From NCBI GenBank assembly GCA_965649765.1, contig OZ287756.1, forward strand, positions 16,864,001 through 16,928,000: 64,000 bases of DNA, read 5' to 3'. Below the pieces are notes generated by a model. That model was not told the DNA's origin and made no database searches. It saw only the letters and a list, made by a program, of their open reading frames with translations. Below, piece by piece: positions 21,202 through 34,692 of the stretch (position 1 is its first letter; each line of letters opens with the position of its first letter). The DNA is from Bispira polyomma. Its lineage: Eukaryota. Made by a program: the position numbers and the translations under genes.

Positions 21202-22453
21202 AAGGGTCAAATATACCTGTCCAATTTTGCTTCTGAATATGTCATCCGACGTCCATTTCCAGTGCCTCGGGATGTGTGGCCAAATTCTATATAACCCCAA
21301 GGGAAAGATAACTTACTTTAAATCTCACACATAGACGATAGATTGCGGTAAATATATTTATTATTATGTCTAAAGCTACTAATACTAATTATCTAAAGTC
21401 AATTATTGTATGACAACATATATTATGGATAATATATGTATATTTTTGTTAATAAATTACTAATCTGATAACATTTAAAGTTAGTATCAATTATAAGTTA
21501 CTGACAATGAAGCATGTCAGCCCACTAATAATGCACATATCAATGAATCTGTAAATGGTGTGTAAAACAAAATAAAAGAGCATGTATGAACTATTAACAT
21601 TAACACAGTCAAACCAGTTCTTGATAGTTTGAAATTCCCTTGGGCAGCCATCGTGTGCATAGTTGTAAGCGCCAACAATAAACCCCCTAGGTTATATGTA
21701 CAAAACAAATCTTACACAGTTGATCATTTCGACCCCTTAACCTACACATTAAAACTGATAGGGAAATGCAGTTTAGTCAATTGTCTCAGTAATAATTTAC
21801 AAATCAGTTTTGTACACTGTTCCAGTCGGGGCACCAGGTTGAATCCTGGGAAACAAATCTACAGAGGCCCCACTGATGATCCAGAGATATACATAAGTCA
21901 CCAGCACCACAATGGGAGCCCCGCCACAGCAATAATGTCAAATGCTGCCCATGCAGAAAGATTAGAAACGGCCAATATAGGCACAGGCCAGGGCTCGGTG
22001 CTGACAACGTGAACCACATGAGCTCACACAGAACAAACACGGGACTCCATCTAAATGCTGGAGTATGGGACAGGATGCAATCATCACACATCAATAATAA
22101 AACCACAATCTGAAACTAAGGAAAACAATTTGGGTGGGTTTTTCACTACTTGCTTTTCTAGGAACTTCAATGTTTTAATCAATCGAAAAAAATTGAAATC
22201 AAAAAAAAAAAAAGTAGGATGAACCTGGCTGACATCCCCTCCGAATCGGTAGCCAAATGTTCAAAATCTGCCTAAGACCGATCGTTTTTTTTTTGGATGG
22301 GAAGCTGAAGTAATTTCGTTGATTTTCTTATTGATTTTTTTTCAAAACATGAATACTGGTTTTCGGATGTAGTGTATTTGCAAATTCGGATTACAAAAAC
22401 GGACGTCCAATGATATATTCAGAAGCAAAATCGGACCGGTATATTTGCCCCTT
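21202..22453. mobile_element. MITE (same family as 23064-23455), enlarged by internal sequence
   Basis: TIRs AAGGGTCAAATATACC...TTTTGCTTCTGAATAT / ATATTCAGAAGCAAAAT...TATATTTGCCCCTT. Internal segment 22220-22390 matches 23210-23390. Confidence 0.65.
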
Positions 22454-23063
22454 TACCACTGAGGCATTGTACCAAGATGTACTTCCTGTTATCCAAGTGG
22501 TTCTCTTTGTATGTCCGATATAGAATTTGAAATTCCTTTGTAAATGCCCAGTGTTAGAATATATCGGTTCTAAATATTCTAAGTCCATTTACATTCATCA
22601 CCATCGGTTATTAATATATTTATCAGTGTGTTAAATCACTCAAAAGTAAATACAGTTATGAGATTTGTTCAAGAATTGTGGTCTGAGAGAAATCTTAAAT
22701 TTTAAACAGTTTATTTTTTATCCAGAATTTTGTAAGTTAAGGCACTTATCTTTTGCACAGTTGAAAGTAACTTATTAATCCCCATCAATTTATGTTCATT
22801 TTGATGTAATGTTTTGATGAGATAAGGTGAAGTATATCCAATTGAAAAAAATCAAATAATCCCAGAGCTGATAAAAACTAGAGATGTCACACTGACTGTC
22901 AGGCTTTGACACAAGACATGTTAACAAGTGAAGTTAAACCTTATTGTCCCTGTGATCAGGCTAGGCATTTTACTCAAAGCATCTTTGATGATGGTCAGGA
23001 TTTTAACTTATTTCGTTTAAATCTGCGCCCACCCACCAAGAAAAAAATCTTAGCGACAGGGTA

Positions 23064-23455
23064 AAGGGGTGAATATACTTTTTGGATTTTGCTTCCAAAT
23101 CCGTCAACCGACGTCTGTTTTCCGTCATCCGATGCCATCCAAATTGCAAATACACTAAACTAATAAAAACTAATTTATTTCATTCCCCCGTCTGCCATAG
23201 GATAAAACACCTGGCCAACGTCACCTCCGAATCAGGATCCGAATGTTCAATATCGGTTCAAGACTGATTTTTTTTCAGATGAAGGACAGGAAGGTGAATA
23301 AATTTTATAGATTTTTTTTTCTTAAAACACTAATACTTAAAAAATTGGCCAGTTTTTTCGGATATAGTGTATCAGCAAATTCGGACGTCTAATGACGGAA
23401 ACGGACGTCGGATGACGGATTAGGAAGCAAAATCAGCCAGGTAGATTCACCCGTT
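23064..23455. mobile_element. MITE with ~70-bp TIRs
   Basis: AAGGGGTGAATATAC...TTTTGCTTCCAAATCCGTCA / TGACGGATTAGGAAGCAAAAT...ATTCACCCGTT, flanked by TA. Confidence 0.75.
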
Positions 23456-24504
23456 TAGGCTGAATTCTGTCGCTAAAAGAAGCTACTATTGTCCCTGTCA
23501 ATAGTTTTTATAATTTCTTCCGCATCGATGTAATTTCAGTTAGTATCACTGGATGCTGTAATTTTAGTTAGTCTTACTAATACAATTAGTTTTAATATTT
23601 GCCATAGCACACAATAAAGTAGATGATCGGGTGAAACATAAAGTAGCAAATATTGACTTTGACATATGTCCTTTTTATAATGTGGTTGTGCAAACAAATG
23701 TTGAACCAAATATTTGACTAATAAATATGCAAACTATACATAGGACATACAATTAGTCTTATATCTCACTGCCACAACACACATATAAATTTCTATTTAA
23801 CTTCCTGAACTTCATGAAGAACTACTGGTTCTGAAGGAAGAACTGTTTGCATTAAATAGAGAAAACTAAAGGAAAAGGAAGGTAATAGTGTAACTACAGG
23901 GAAGAATAACTACTAAATTTAAGAGTTTTTTTTATTTTAAAGAGTTGAAGTGAACAGCTGATGTTAATATTTTCATACATACCATTATTTATTATATTAC
24001 TTAAATTATATTGATACCAAATAAGTTAAACACTCACATACTATTGCTCAATTTACTCCGGGCAAAAGTTATGTATTCAAACAAAGGTACATGATTATTA
24101 AAATATATAAAAAGTATATATATAGATATATATTTTTGGTTAGGATTTTGTACCAAAAAATTTGTTATCACAACCAATTGATAACAATGTATAGTAATAT
24201 GACAGAATTTAAGAAGCCTTTTTAAAACTTATAACAGACACTTGTATATCCTAAGATATATCATTTGAATGAGGACTTTCTGCAGTTATGATACATTTAA
24301 CTCGTAATGTACCCATGTTAATTAATTAAGCCCTATAAACTGTGGACAGTTACCATTAAATGAGTAAGACTCACAATTACAAATACAATACTGCAACAAT
24401 ACACTCCTGTGAACCGTATAAATATGCAAACATTCTCAGTTTAACCTAGTGAAGCCTCTGTGGAATTAGGAAGTAGGAATATTTAATACACAGAGTGGTT
24501 AAAA

Positions 24505-27500
24505 AGAAATGACTTACTCTGATACTTACGGATCTGATATAGCACATTTCCAGACACATTCACTATTCCATGTTCATAAGTGCTGTAAATTTTAAAAGAG
24601 GCATTGAGACTAATTACCAGAGTGGTCCCCTGTGGGTAAATTCGAAACTACATGAATTTCAATTTAGTTGCATTTTACGTCACTTTTAACAGCTTGGGTC
24701 ATATCATAACCAGTGCTCAAGCAGTGCCTGACCTCCAAATGGTTGTAAATGGTCATATTATTCTTGTGTAAGATAAATATTATCCCAAAATTTCATTGCA
24801 TCAGTGATGTATTTACACAAACATGCATCCAGATGTACCCTGAGCACCAAACAAATATCTGTTTATGTCTGATCTTGCTATTTTAAGCTTGTTGATTTCA
24901 TGCAGATCTAATCGTTACTGTCTCACTACACACTTAAGATCATCATTCTAATTATGACGTTCTATACCTAACTGTTTGACACAAACAGTAATGTTATTTA
25001 TGGCCAACTTAAAATCATATTAACTATTGCATTCTCAGATTGCGATGGTGATACATTGACATTAGTGATATGCAAGGTTCTATAAGGCCTCAAAAAGCTC
25101 TCAATAGTCTTCCAAGTACGGGTTCATATTCCTTTGAAATTTGGCAACTGTAACATGATTTCCACAACTAGAACCGACAGCTTGGTAAAATTGATGAAAA
25201 CAGACCCTTTCCAGTCCCATTAATTATGTGTCCTATTATATCATGCATTTTCAGTCCTTGAATAAACAAAAGTAAAGTGTTCATCATATAAAAGCACTGC
25301 TGTTAAAATCAGTAATCCCTTCTTCTAAGATGTACCACTCCTTAATGCTATCAATGTTGATTTATTGATTGCTTGTTGAATTTTATTATCTGCAATACTG
25401 ACATTAGGGTGGATACTTATATGCTAGATGGAACATTATTGTGTCTCATTTCTGCAGTTGGAACATTGGAATCCTCCTTCAAGATTTATCTTTCACTACC
25501 AAATCTAAAAGTCAATAGGGGTTGAATGTCTGACTTTCTCTGGGCCTACCAACAACGCGACACAGGCTGGTGGTATTATGAATAGTGGTTTTCAGGACAC
25601 CTCATTCTACTTTCATAAGAGTTATGTTTCCTTTTCAAACCATCAAAAGCCTCAGGATTCTTGGCTTTTATTCTGTTGTAGCTTTTTAAATGTTTATTAT
25701 AGTCACAATAAATGAGGACATTCCCTGTTCCCTTAACGTAATGTTTGAAAAATTTTCATTTTTGCAGAAAGTGTTGACAACAGACTGTCAGAAGTCAAGT
25801 TAAAAGTGGAAGGTCTAAAAACAAGTAAGCATAGGTCAAAACATCAGATATATTTCATGGATATATATATATATATTCAATGTTTAAAAAAATGTTAGCA
25901 TCATTTTAGAAAAAATCAAATTTTTTTAAATCATTTTGTTAAGCGATTATTTGTATCGACTATTTAACTTGTAAACTATTGTTTGACTTGATTGATAAAT
26001 ACTTCTACTTATATGTTCTATTAACATATAGCGAGTGAACTTTTTGTTGGATTTGCTGCACATTTATCAGTTGATGTAGGCCTGAGTGAAGGTGATATTG
26101 TTCCTTTTAATATCCAAGATATGGACACCGATGCAGCTTACAGCACCACAACTGGTCAGTAATAAGTATAAATCAGAGTTATACCTTATTAATCATCTCC
26201 AGTCTTTAAAATGACAGGTAATGTCATAGGGCTCTGATATAATAAAATGATTGTGGATGTGAAAATCCCCCAAGACATCTAAAAATAGGATGGTGTTCAT
26301 GTAGCCATCCAATATATAGACTGTTGCTAAGGTGTCCAACCAGATTCATATGATGTTATGATGTGCTTAGGGAGATTAATCACCTGAGATTTTTGCAGGA
26401 TATGGAAGTGAATAGATCTATACTTTGAGACTTAAGGGCTTCGGAAGCTGGTGTAAAAAATAGCTTTTGTTTTTGAGTGCTTGAGCAAATCAATATGTTC
26501 AAAGTAGGTTTTAAATGGTAGAAGTGAAATTATCGGGTGTGGAGGTGATATACTCGAGTTACACCTTTGCTGTAATGAGTTTGAATCTTGGTCGTGGTAT
26601 GTATGTAGGAAAGTTGACAGTAGATTTGCTGACAGCCAATGGTTTGGAGTTCAGAAAATTTAACATAATACCCTATTCTGCTTTTCGTCCCCCAATAAAC
26701 GGTTTCTCATTATATATTACACAGTTAGTGAAAGCAATTTTAAATTCAACATAATTCAAATCTACAAAACTCTATTAAACAGCAGTACTTAATTAAAACT
26801 AATAATATAGTTCATTCAGAGAATCAGTTAATAGTTGATGTGACAACAAAGATCATATGACTTCAAACATTATAAATAACAGTTTCCAGAAAATTTATCG
26901 AACCAGTGAACTCAAATATTTATGAAGTGAGGTTAATAGAGGAAAATGTATCATTAGATTGATTGAAGTAAATAAGTATCTATTTTTATTAAAACCTTAA
27001 TTTTATGATAGTATAAAATACTTCTTTTTAAATCCATCAATGTCAATGTAAGTTTGAAGGGTCACCTGACTTCTTACATCATATATAGGAAATGATAAAG
27101 AGGATAAAACAAAACTATATTTTTCTGTTATATATTGAATCTATCAATTTCTATTTATTTTTTATTTTAATTAGGGTTTGAATATCACAGTAGTAACCGT
27201 CTTACTAAGCAGAAGGTGTTAAAGCAAGATTTAAACATAGTAAACTCACACATTATCTCTAATTCTGTTTAGGTATATTCACCTGTCCTGTATTTCTTTT
27301 CTGTCACAATATTTTCTCATGATTCACATATTAGCATGGTTTTGGTACATCAGACAGTTTCTGGAACAAAAAATTACCTAGTTGGAGCATTTGCTGATAC
27401 AGTGGTAATCTTGTATTATTACAAAATAAAATATGTCATTTAAATTAATCATTAATATATATCTTGTCATCTACATGTATTTTTTTAACTCCAGCGGTTT

Positions 27501-29850
27501 CTGTAAATAGTTAAAAATAATGAATAGACATGTGGTTGTAGTATGATAGTTATGGGAAATCACAAATCCTATACCTTTCTGTCATATCTGAGAGACCAGT
27601 AAGGAGTATACATTTCTATTCAAAATCTTTTTATGGAGTCGCCCAAAGGACATCTACATTTTTTGCTTGTTATAATAAAGTAATCATGATATTAGAAGAT
27701 TATATTGTTATCTCGTTATAAGAAATTTATGAGATGATTAAATCTTTTAACAGAACAATTGAGTCGTTACAAAAGGAAAATTAGGTTGTCATAAGCTTGT
27801 TGTAACAGGATCATTTAATTGTAAGACTTTATTCTGTTGTTAAAACAATATAATTATCTTATTATAATTACTTTATTATCTGGTTTTAACAAGGTAATTT
27901 TCTCAGAATGATGTAATCAAGTCTTGCAAACTAAATTATCTTGTTATAACAAAATGTTGTTAACTATTTCTGTTGTATAGTAGGCGCTGTAGTTTTTCAG
28001 AAAATGATAAATAAATGCTTTGTGCAGGTTCATGACCAAAGAACCATCTCTTACATAGTGAAATGTCTTCAAGGAGAGAAAGTGTACACTGAGATGAAGT
28101 ACTCTTCTGGAACTTTTCAGGGCCAATCATCCTATGGTGGTATACAGAAAGCATTCTGTGGCTTCATGATTCGTGAAATCACTCTGTAAAATAACCCAAT
28201 ACCCTAAAACAATTATACCATAGAGAATTTGGAGGGTTAAACTCTCAATGGTAGAAATTTGATTTGACTTTAAATAGCAAATTAATGCATAAGTTAATTT
28301 AAAATATATGGGACAATATGGCACACACCACAGTGGCTATTCTGATTGAAGGCTGGTACCTAATCACCAGGAAAATAAGATGGTATTTCTGCCTCGAAAA
28401 ATTATAGTAGTAGTGGATTTAGTTACCATTGTGTGAAAACAAGAAACAAAATGTTAGTGTGGAAAATGTGTTGTAATGTAGATGGATTATACCATGAAAT
28501 GTAAACATGGCTGCTAAATTGTATTTGTTTTCTTTCCAAAGGTGAAGTTCATGGTGAACCATACTGTCTTACCTAAATTTGATCTCTATGACATTACAGC
28601 AATACCTTAAACCTAAAAACACCTTTCATAAAAAAAAATATGTAGAAACGCATGACCTTGACTTGAAATTGCACTATTAGAGATATAGCAGTGCAATGTC
28701 TTAACTCCATCTTTGCTTTTGCTTTTAAGTAAGAATGTTGAGCTTAAATATCTTCATTGCAGAAACTATGACCACATGTGTCTTAAAGTAAGTGACTTTC
28801 TGCCAATTTTGGGCAATTCCTTCCTGCTTGCACGTTATGTGATAATCCTAATAGGCATTCTTAGTCAGGTATCATCAAAACGAAATTACTAATTATCACC
28901 GAATTGGGTCAGTTCATTACACATTTACCATTACCAGTAAATACCATCTAGATGAAAACACTGTTAAAGGAATATTATATTGCTAACATTTTACAAAATA
29001 TGTATTTCCCATCAAAGGGCATTGATAATATTTTTTAGGGTGTTTTGTTTTTAAATTAATCAAATTTGATGTCATTCATTCTTAACATATTATGTGACCA
29101 ATAGTTATAGAGGCTGTTGAATAGAGTAAATTATTGTAAAAGTCCAGGAAAAAAGTTATTTACATTACAAGTGGGTTACTGTGCCATCTATTTGGTGCTT
29201 AAATCTTTGCAGACCAGTACATTTTTTTAAAGTTTCAAGATTTTAGCCAAGGTGCACTTTGGCAGCAAGATGCTATACTACCTGCAAATAATGCTCTGTC
29301 ACAGTGCACACTTCATTACTTTGCAATAATGTGGTGATGTATGAATAGGATACCAGGGTTTTTATAAGGTTTTTATGTACTCTCAGTGGCAGGTTAAGAA
29401 CCTTGGAAACAAGAAAAACAAATTACTTAGTTTGGTTAGATGAAGTTGTGCAGTCAAGAACAAGCTAATTAGCACTTTGAATGCCAGATAAAAATGTAGA
29501 TAAATTTGGTAAATATATACTTGAAATTATGAAAATTCCATCCTATATGACATTGTAAAGAGGATTCGCCATTAACAGGATTCGTAAAACTCTTCTAAAT
29601 TTGTTTAACTCTTTTTCTAAATGTTGTATCAAAAACCACCAAAGTATGGCAAGTTTTAATTCTGGTTGTAAGGCATGTTATTTCCAATGAATGTTAGTGT
29701 GTATGAAAAACCTTATACCTTATAACCAGACATCAAAAACAGCTTTTTTATCAAACCAAAGTTTTTATCAAACCAACTGCTTACTAAACGTAAATACATT
29801 GTATTCCTTGTAACCAGAAATGCCAATAGTTTAAATGTATTTGAAATAGA
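24505..29850 (+). repeat. Tandem segmental duplication, copy B
   Basis: Collinear with 5575-15240 but lacks the MULE, the L2 fragment and the 11452-12199 MITE. Confidence 0.9.
25768..28189 (+). pseudogene. C1q-domain-containing gene copy B, frameshifted: exons 25768-25824, 26032-26154, 27273-27404, 28028-28189
   Basis: Same exon architecture as copy A. The third exon is 132 nt versus 143 nt, from an 11-nt deletion within CPVSGYY that shifts the frame. Confidence 0.88.
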
Positions 29851-29857
29851 CAAAAAC

Positions 29858-30087
29858 TGAAATGAAATATGACATTTGTTATGGCGCATTTATACAACAT
29901 AGGGTCATTTCAAATGCGCCTCTTCATGGGCAGCTTGCTTGAGGATGGCCATTTATCAACATCCCTATGGATCTTTAATCTGCCACTGGAGGTTGTACTT
30001 AATGACAGAGGACCGTCATCCGAGCCATTAGGCAGACTAATCACAACATCAGCGGCTAACCACTTTCTCCACTGAGCTACCACTCCT
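29858..30087 (-). mobile_element. Nin/Deu-like SINE with tRNA-like head, internally deleted
   Basis: Reverse complement matches 5139-5374. Head AGGAGTGGTAGCTCAGTGG carries an A box. Confidence 0.75.
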
Positions 30088-30104
30088 ACTCTTTTCTTTT
30101 GTAA

Positions 30105-30737
30105 TGGCCTGGTCACACCTACACGTGCTAACGTCCCTCAACGTATCTAAGCAATATACACTGAAAACGTGGTAGTATTGTATCAAAGTGACGTCATTTC
30201 CATAAAGGGATAGTCAATTGTGACGTTTTGTGACGTTTCGTGACGATGTTGGTACTTGTACACACGAAGAGGGAACAAAAAAACGGACCCTTTACTGGTA
30301 GGATATCACTACCTACTACTACATAGAAGCAATGTACTGCTACTTACGGCTGCGTTCTGCTGCCTTCTGCTACTTAGTGAAACTTTCTTGGCTAACAGAG
30401 ATGATCTCACTACTTACTGGTATTTCCTCGCTACCTACTACTGCATAAAGCTACTTACTGATACGTCTATGCTACTTTTGGAAACGTTCGGGGATGAACA
30501 GAGAAACGGGGAGAAATGGGAGCTGTTTCTGTAGTGTTTCAAACAGTTTGAAACACTACAGGAAAAAGACGAAACGGAGACGTTTCCGGAACGATATCAA
30601 CCGTCATAAAATGTCCCAAAACATAAAGAAACGATCACAGAAGGGATCCTCACTTCCTACTACGTTTCAAAACATTTCCCAAATTCACACCACGTGACAC
30701 AAACGTAGCTCTAGAATGTGTAGGTGTGACCAGGACA
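30105..30737. mobile_element. Harbinger/PIF-type MITE
   Basis: TIRs TGGCCTGGTCACACCTACAC / GTGTAGGTGTGACCAGGACA, with TAA TSD. Inverted family copy at 45467-46059. Confidence 0.85.
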
Positions 30738-31658
30738 TAAGTAAGAAAATGTAAAGAAATTCTAATTAATAATGACTTTTTTATTGGATCAATTCACCCC
30801 ACAACCAATCAAATTGATGTCTTCTTTGTGAAACACGTACACACTGCAGACTGGTATTCATAAATAAGAGGAAATCAAGATACTAGATAGTGTGTCACTT
30901 TGCTGTGCAAAAGTAGGACATTTGTGTAATGTCAATTACATTTTTTTACTATATTTTTATGATAATTTACTCCATATGACACCCTCTCTATAAAGCTGTT
31001 TGGTGATTACAAGCTCAAACTCTGACTCAACTCAAATGATGGCTATTTGTAAGTCATGCTCTGTAAAATAACATATACTTGTAACGATTCATTTTAGAAG
31101 TGCTTTTTGCACTGAATTCAAACTTGCCCTCAAATTACCCTGTGGACCTTAGAATCTAAGTTGAACTTCGATTTTTTCGACAATTTTGCTACTGGGTATC
31201 ATCTTAATAACGATGACGCAAAATAATGTGGCTTGTAATCGACACAAAGATTTGTAACTTGTAAATGCGGCAGTAGATAAATCCTGCAGAGTCTTGTATT
31301 TCGAATTTTTGAAAATTTAGTTTGGTTTACTTATTTTCAATGGCTTAGGTTATATAACGACCACCAGATTTAATGGAGTGGAATAAACCAGTGTTAAAGC
31401 AATGTAAACCACAAAGATACGGCAATGTCCCATATATTTCATATTCACATAACTACTTAACATTATTCCAGATTTTCTAACAAAAACAGTGGTTCCATCT
31501 TACAAATTTCATTGCTCGCAAGCATTTAAAACAAACATTACCCTTGCTATGAGCCTTCCAACTAGAATGTACACATTTCATGTATTCAGGAATTTTGGGG
31601 TTTCCTGGAATTTACCATTATTGTCTTCCCCTTAAAGTCAGGGGTATCTGGGCCCATA

Positions 31659-33720
31659 TTGTAATTGTAATTAGACTTTTATAGCGCTTAATCTCCCCTT
31701 TACGAAGGGGACTCTAAGACGCAACAGCACCAAGACAGTGATCCAATTACATTATCCAGGGACGGAAAAAAGGTCAAGCACCACAGAGAATGCCAGGGGA
31801 TGATTAAGACAAAGGTAGGTATGTATTGGTGTACAGCTGGGTTTAAGCTGATTTCTAAAAGAGGCTAGAGAGGGGGACGCATGAATCACATCAGGAAGAG
31901 CATTCCAAACAATAGGAGCATCAAAAGCAAAGGTATAACCTGACGTTTGAGTAGATGGGTTGAACTTTGGAACAACAAGGAAATTACTACTCATCTGACT
32001 GCACCTGGTATTGTAAGAACTACTGTAACAGGAGAGATATGGGGCAGAATACTTGGGAAAACCAGTGTGAAGAAACTTATAAACAAGTGTGGCTGTTTTA
32101 AACACTGAGCGCTGTTCAACAGGAAGCTAATGCGATATCTTAAGAACAGGGGTTATACTGGTATATCGACTGGTGTTTGTTAGATTGAACTTGGAGAGAC
32201 TCCTAAAAAATGAATTACAGTAATCCAAATGACCACTGACAAAAGCATTGGCCACAAGTATAGAAGCATCATGAGTAAGAAACTGCCTGACACGTCTGAA
32301 GTCCTGGAGTTGCACAAAACAACTTTTGCAGACACTCCGAACATATTAAAAAAAAGGAAAAATCTGAGTTGAATCACACGTCTAGGTTCTTGACTGAATC
32401 AGATGGGTGGAAGGGGCTACCCATGATCGAGGCAGCAGAGAGGTCTAGCAACACTAAGGCAGTAGGTTTGTCTCTTGACAAGGATAAGTGAGCTTAATTT
32501 TTTATGGACAGAAGAGCTGTCTCAGTGGAATGACCTGTTTTAAATGCAGACTGGTATGGGTTGTCTAAGTCGTGGACATGGATATGATCTAACAGTTGCT
32601 GAGCAACCACACGTTCAACCAGTTCTAATATGAAACTAAGACCAAGTACAGGGCGATAGTTCTTTAGATAATCAGCTGGAAAAGAAGCTTTCATTATAAA
32701 AGGAGTAACCACAGCAGTTTTGAAACCATCAGGTACATGTCCCTCAATGAGTGAGAACCAACTTTGTAACTGATTGGAGTAGTATATCACTACATTCCTT
32801 GATAAGAGATGTTGGCCATGGATTCAACATGTAGGGTTTTGTAGGTGAGTTACTAATTATTTTATTAACAGCATCTTCATAAACTTTGGTAAAGGTAGTA
32901 ATTTCTGGAGGATCAAAAAGAGGATGAACATCATTTTCAGTGCCAGAAGGAACAAAAGTATCTCTAATTTTGTCTCAAAAAAGGAAGCAAACTGGTCAGC
33001 TAATGACTTACCAGATTCATGGGATGGAAGTGTTTCTTCGGAAACCATATTCAGGGTATTGCGCAGCCCATGCCATAACTTCCTAGAGTTGTGACTATTG
33101 TCTGAGATCAGCTTACTGTAATAGTCTGAATTATCCTTGTTTACAAGTATATTGCACCGAGCAATTTGGGGACGTAGTCGACTTCTATTCAGTGGATTTT
33201 TGGCCCTACCACAAGTTCTAAGTTCAAATTGGCACCTAAGAGACTTTGCACGTCGATAAGAATCAGACAACCAATGAGGAGAATCTTTCTTTGTCAGTCT
33301 AGATACAAGTGGTGAATGCCTCTCGAGAACATCACCAAAATTAAGTATGTATTGTTCATGAAGATCGACTACAGAATTGGCTGGAGACTTAATGAAGAAA
33401 GTATTTTTGAGATCAGAGCGGAGATCAAACATGTTTGTATGGTGGTACCTCTTATACTGCACTTTATTTGGAATATGAGCCACTTGACAAGGAGAGGCAA
33501 TTGAGCATTTGACCAATGCATGATCAGATACAAAATCAGAGATTTTGACATCAACAATAGTATCCTGATCACTTGGGGATAGAATAATGTCCTGTTTGTG
33601 ACCATGCAGATGGGCAGCTTGACTAACTGACTGTTTAAGATCACATAAGTCAAGAAAGGTAATAAATTTTATAACCGTCACAACTGGTACATTAACATGA
33701 ATGTTGAAGTCACCAGTATT
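31659..33720 (-). mobile_element. Degenerate L2/CR1-clade LINE ORF2 (endonuclease tail, RT start, 3' end; internally deleted)
   Basis: GHKQDIIL...SDHALV, KNYRPV..LSFI...VERVVAQQL, YQSAFKTGHSTETALL, LDYCNS, AFDAPIVWNALP. Tail GCGCTATAAAAGTCT(AATTAC)n. Confidence 0.88.
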
Positions 33721-33736
33721 CTCCAGTTAAACTTAA

Positions 33737-34411
33737 ATGGTGGTTCCACTACGCCGATTTGGTTCCCGACCTTCTCAATTTTGAGGTCTGGGGCGAGTCT
33801 GTATAGGTGCGGGGGTGAAAATGGGGTGGTCGGGAAGCATATCAAACATGTTTGATATTTTGTAAAAGTAGCCCGACTGACCTCCCCAACCTCTAAAAAC
33901 GGGAAGGTTGGCTTAAGCAAATAAGTTCGATCGGATTGTCATTACGTTCTGTCTGATAGGTCTGATATCAATCCAGGCCTGTCGTAACACTGGCCCGTTG
34001 AAACGTATACGTCAGGGGGTGAAAATGGGGCAAACACGGCGGTCGGAAAGAATATAGGCCCATTTTGTCAGTTATGTTACCATAATAGTCCTGACTTTGA
34101 TTTTTAGACGTTCAATCATAATGGTCGGGATATGGATCCGTCAGATCCTATTGGTGATACGTTCGATCCTAGGGAGATACTTCAAATCCTGTCACCAGTA
34201 AGTTCGATCCTAACCTTAGTTGGGAATGTCGGGGAAGTTTTAGTATGGACCTTAAGTTCGATCATGCTTAGTGTCCCATTAAAACGGGATGCAATTAGTT
34301 CGATCTGTAAGATCGTCCCACACTTTCATTTTCCTGCCTTTTTTGCCCCCACTGCCCCAATCTTAAAATCGGGCCCATTTTGCCGATCGTACTTGACTGT
34401 GGAACCACAAC
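33737..34411. mobile_element. MITE (Harbinger-like TIR); inverted family copy at 47015-47745
   Basis: ATGGTGGTTCCAC / GTGGAACCACAAC termini flanked by TTAA. Collinear in reverse with 47015-47745. Confidence 0.8.
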
Positions 34412-34450
34412 TTAAGGCTCAACCTCTAACTTACCTTAAATTAAAACGAA

Positions 34451-34692
34451 GTGGAACCCCTTGTATATGTAAATACTCTGCACATGTGACCATTTTTTTA
34501 AAGAGATATTTTAACGCTGAATTTTAATATGTAGTTATAGAGACCTGGTTCAGGCCTCCACACAAACATATTTAATTTTCTATTATGTGGCAAAATGTGG
34601 AACCCCTTGTAGATGTGAATTCTCTGCATATGTGATAATTTTTTTAAAGAGATCTTTCAACGCTGAATTTTAATATGTAGTTATAGTGACCT
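34451..34692. repeat. Tandem duplication of a ~96-bp block (period ~146)
   Basis: GTGGAACCCCTTGTA...AACGCTGAATTTTAATATGTAGTTATAG(A/T)GACCT occurs twice. Confidence 0.8.
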
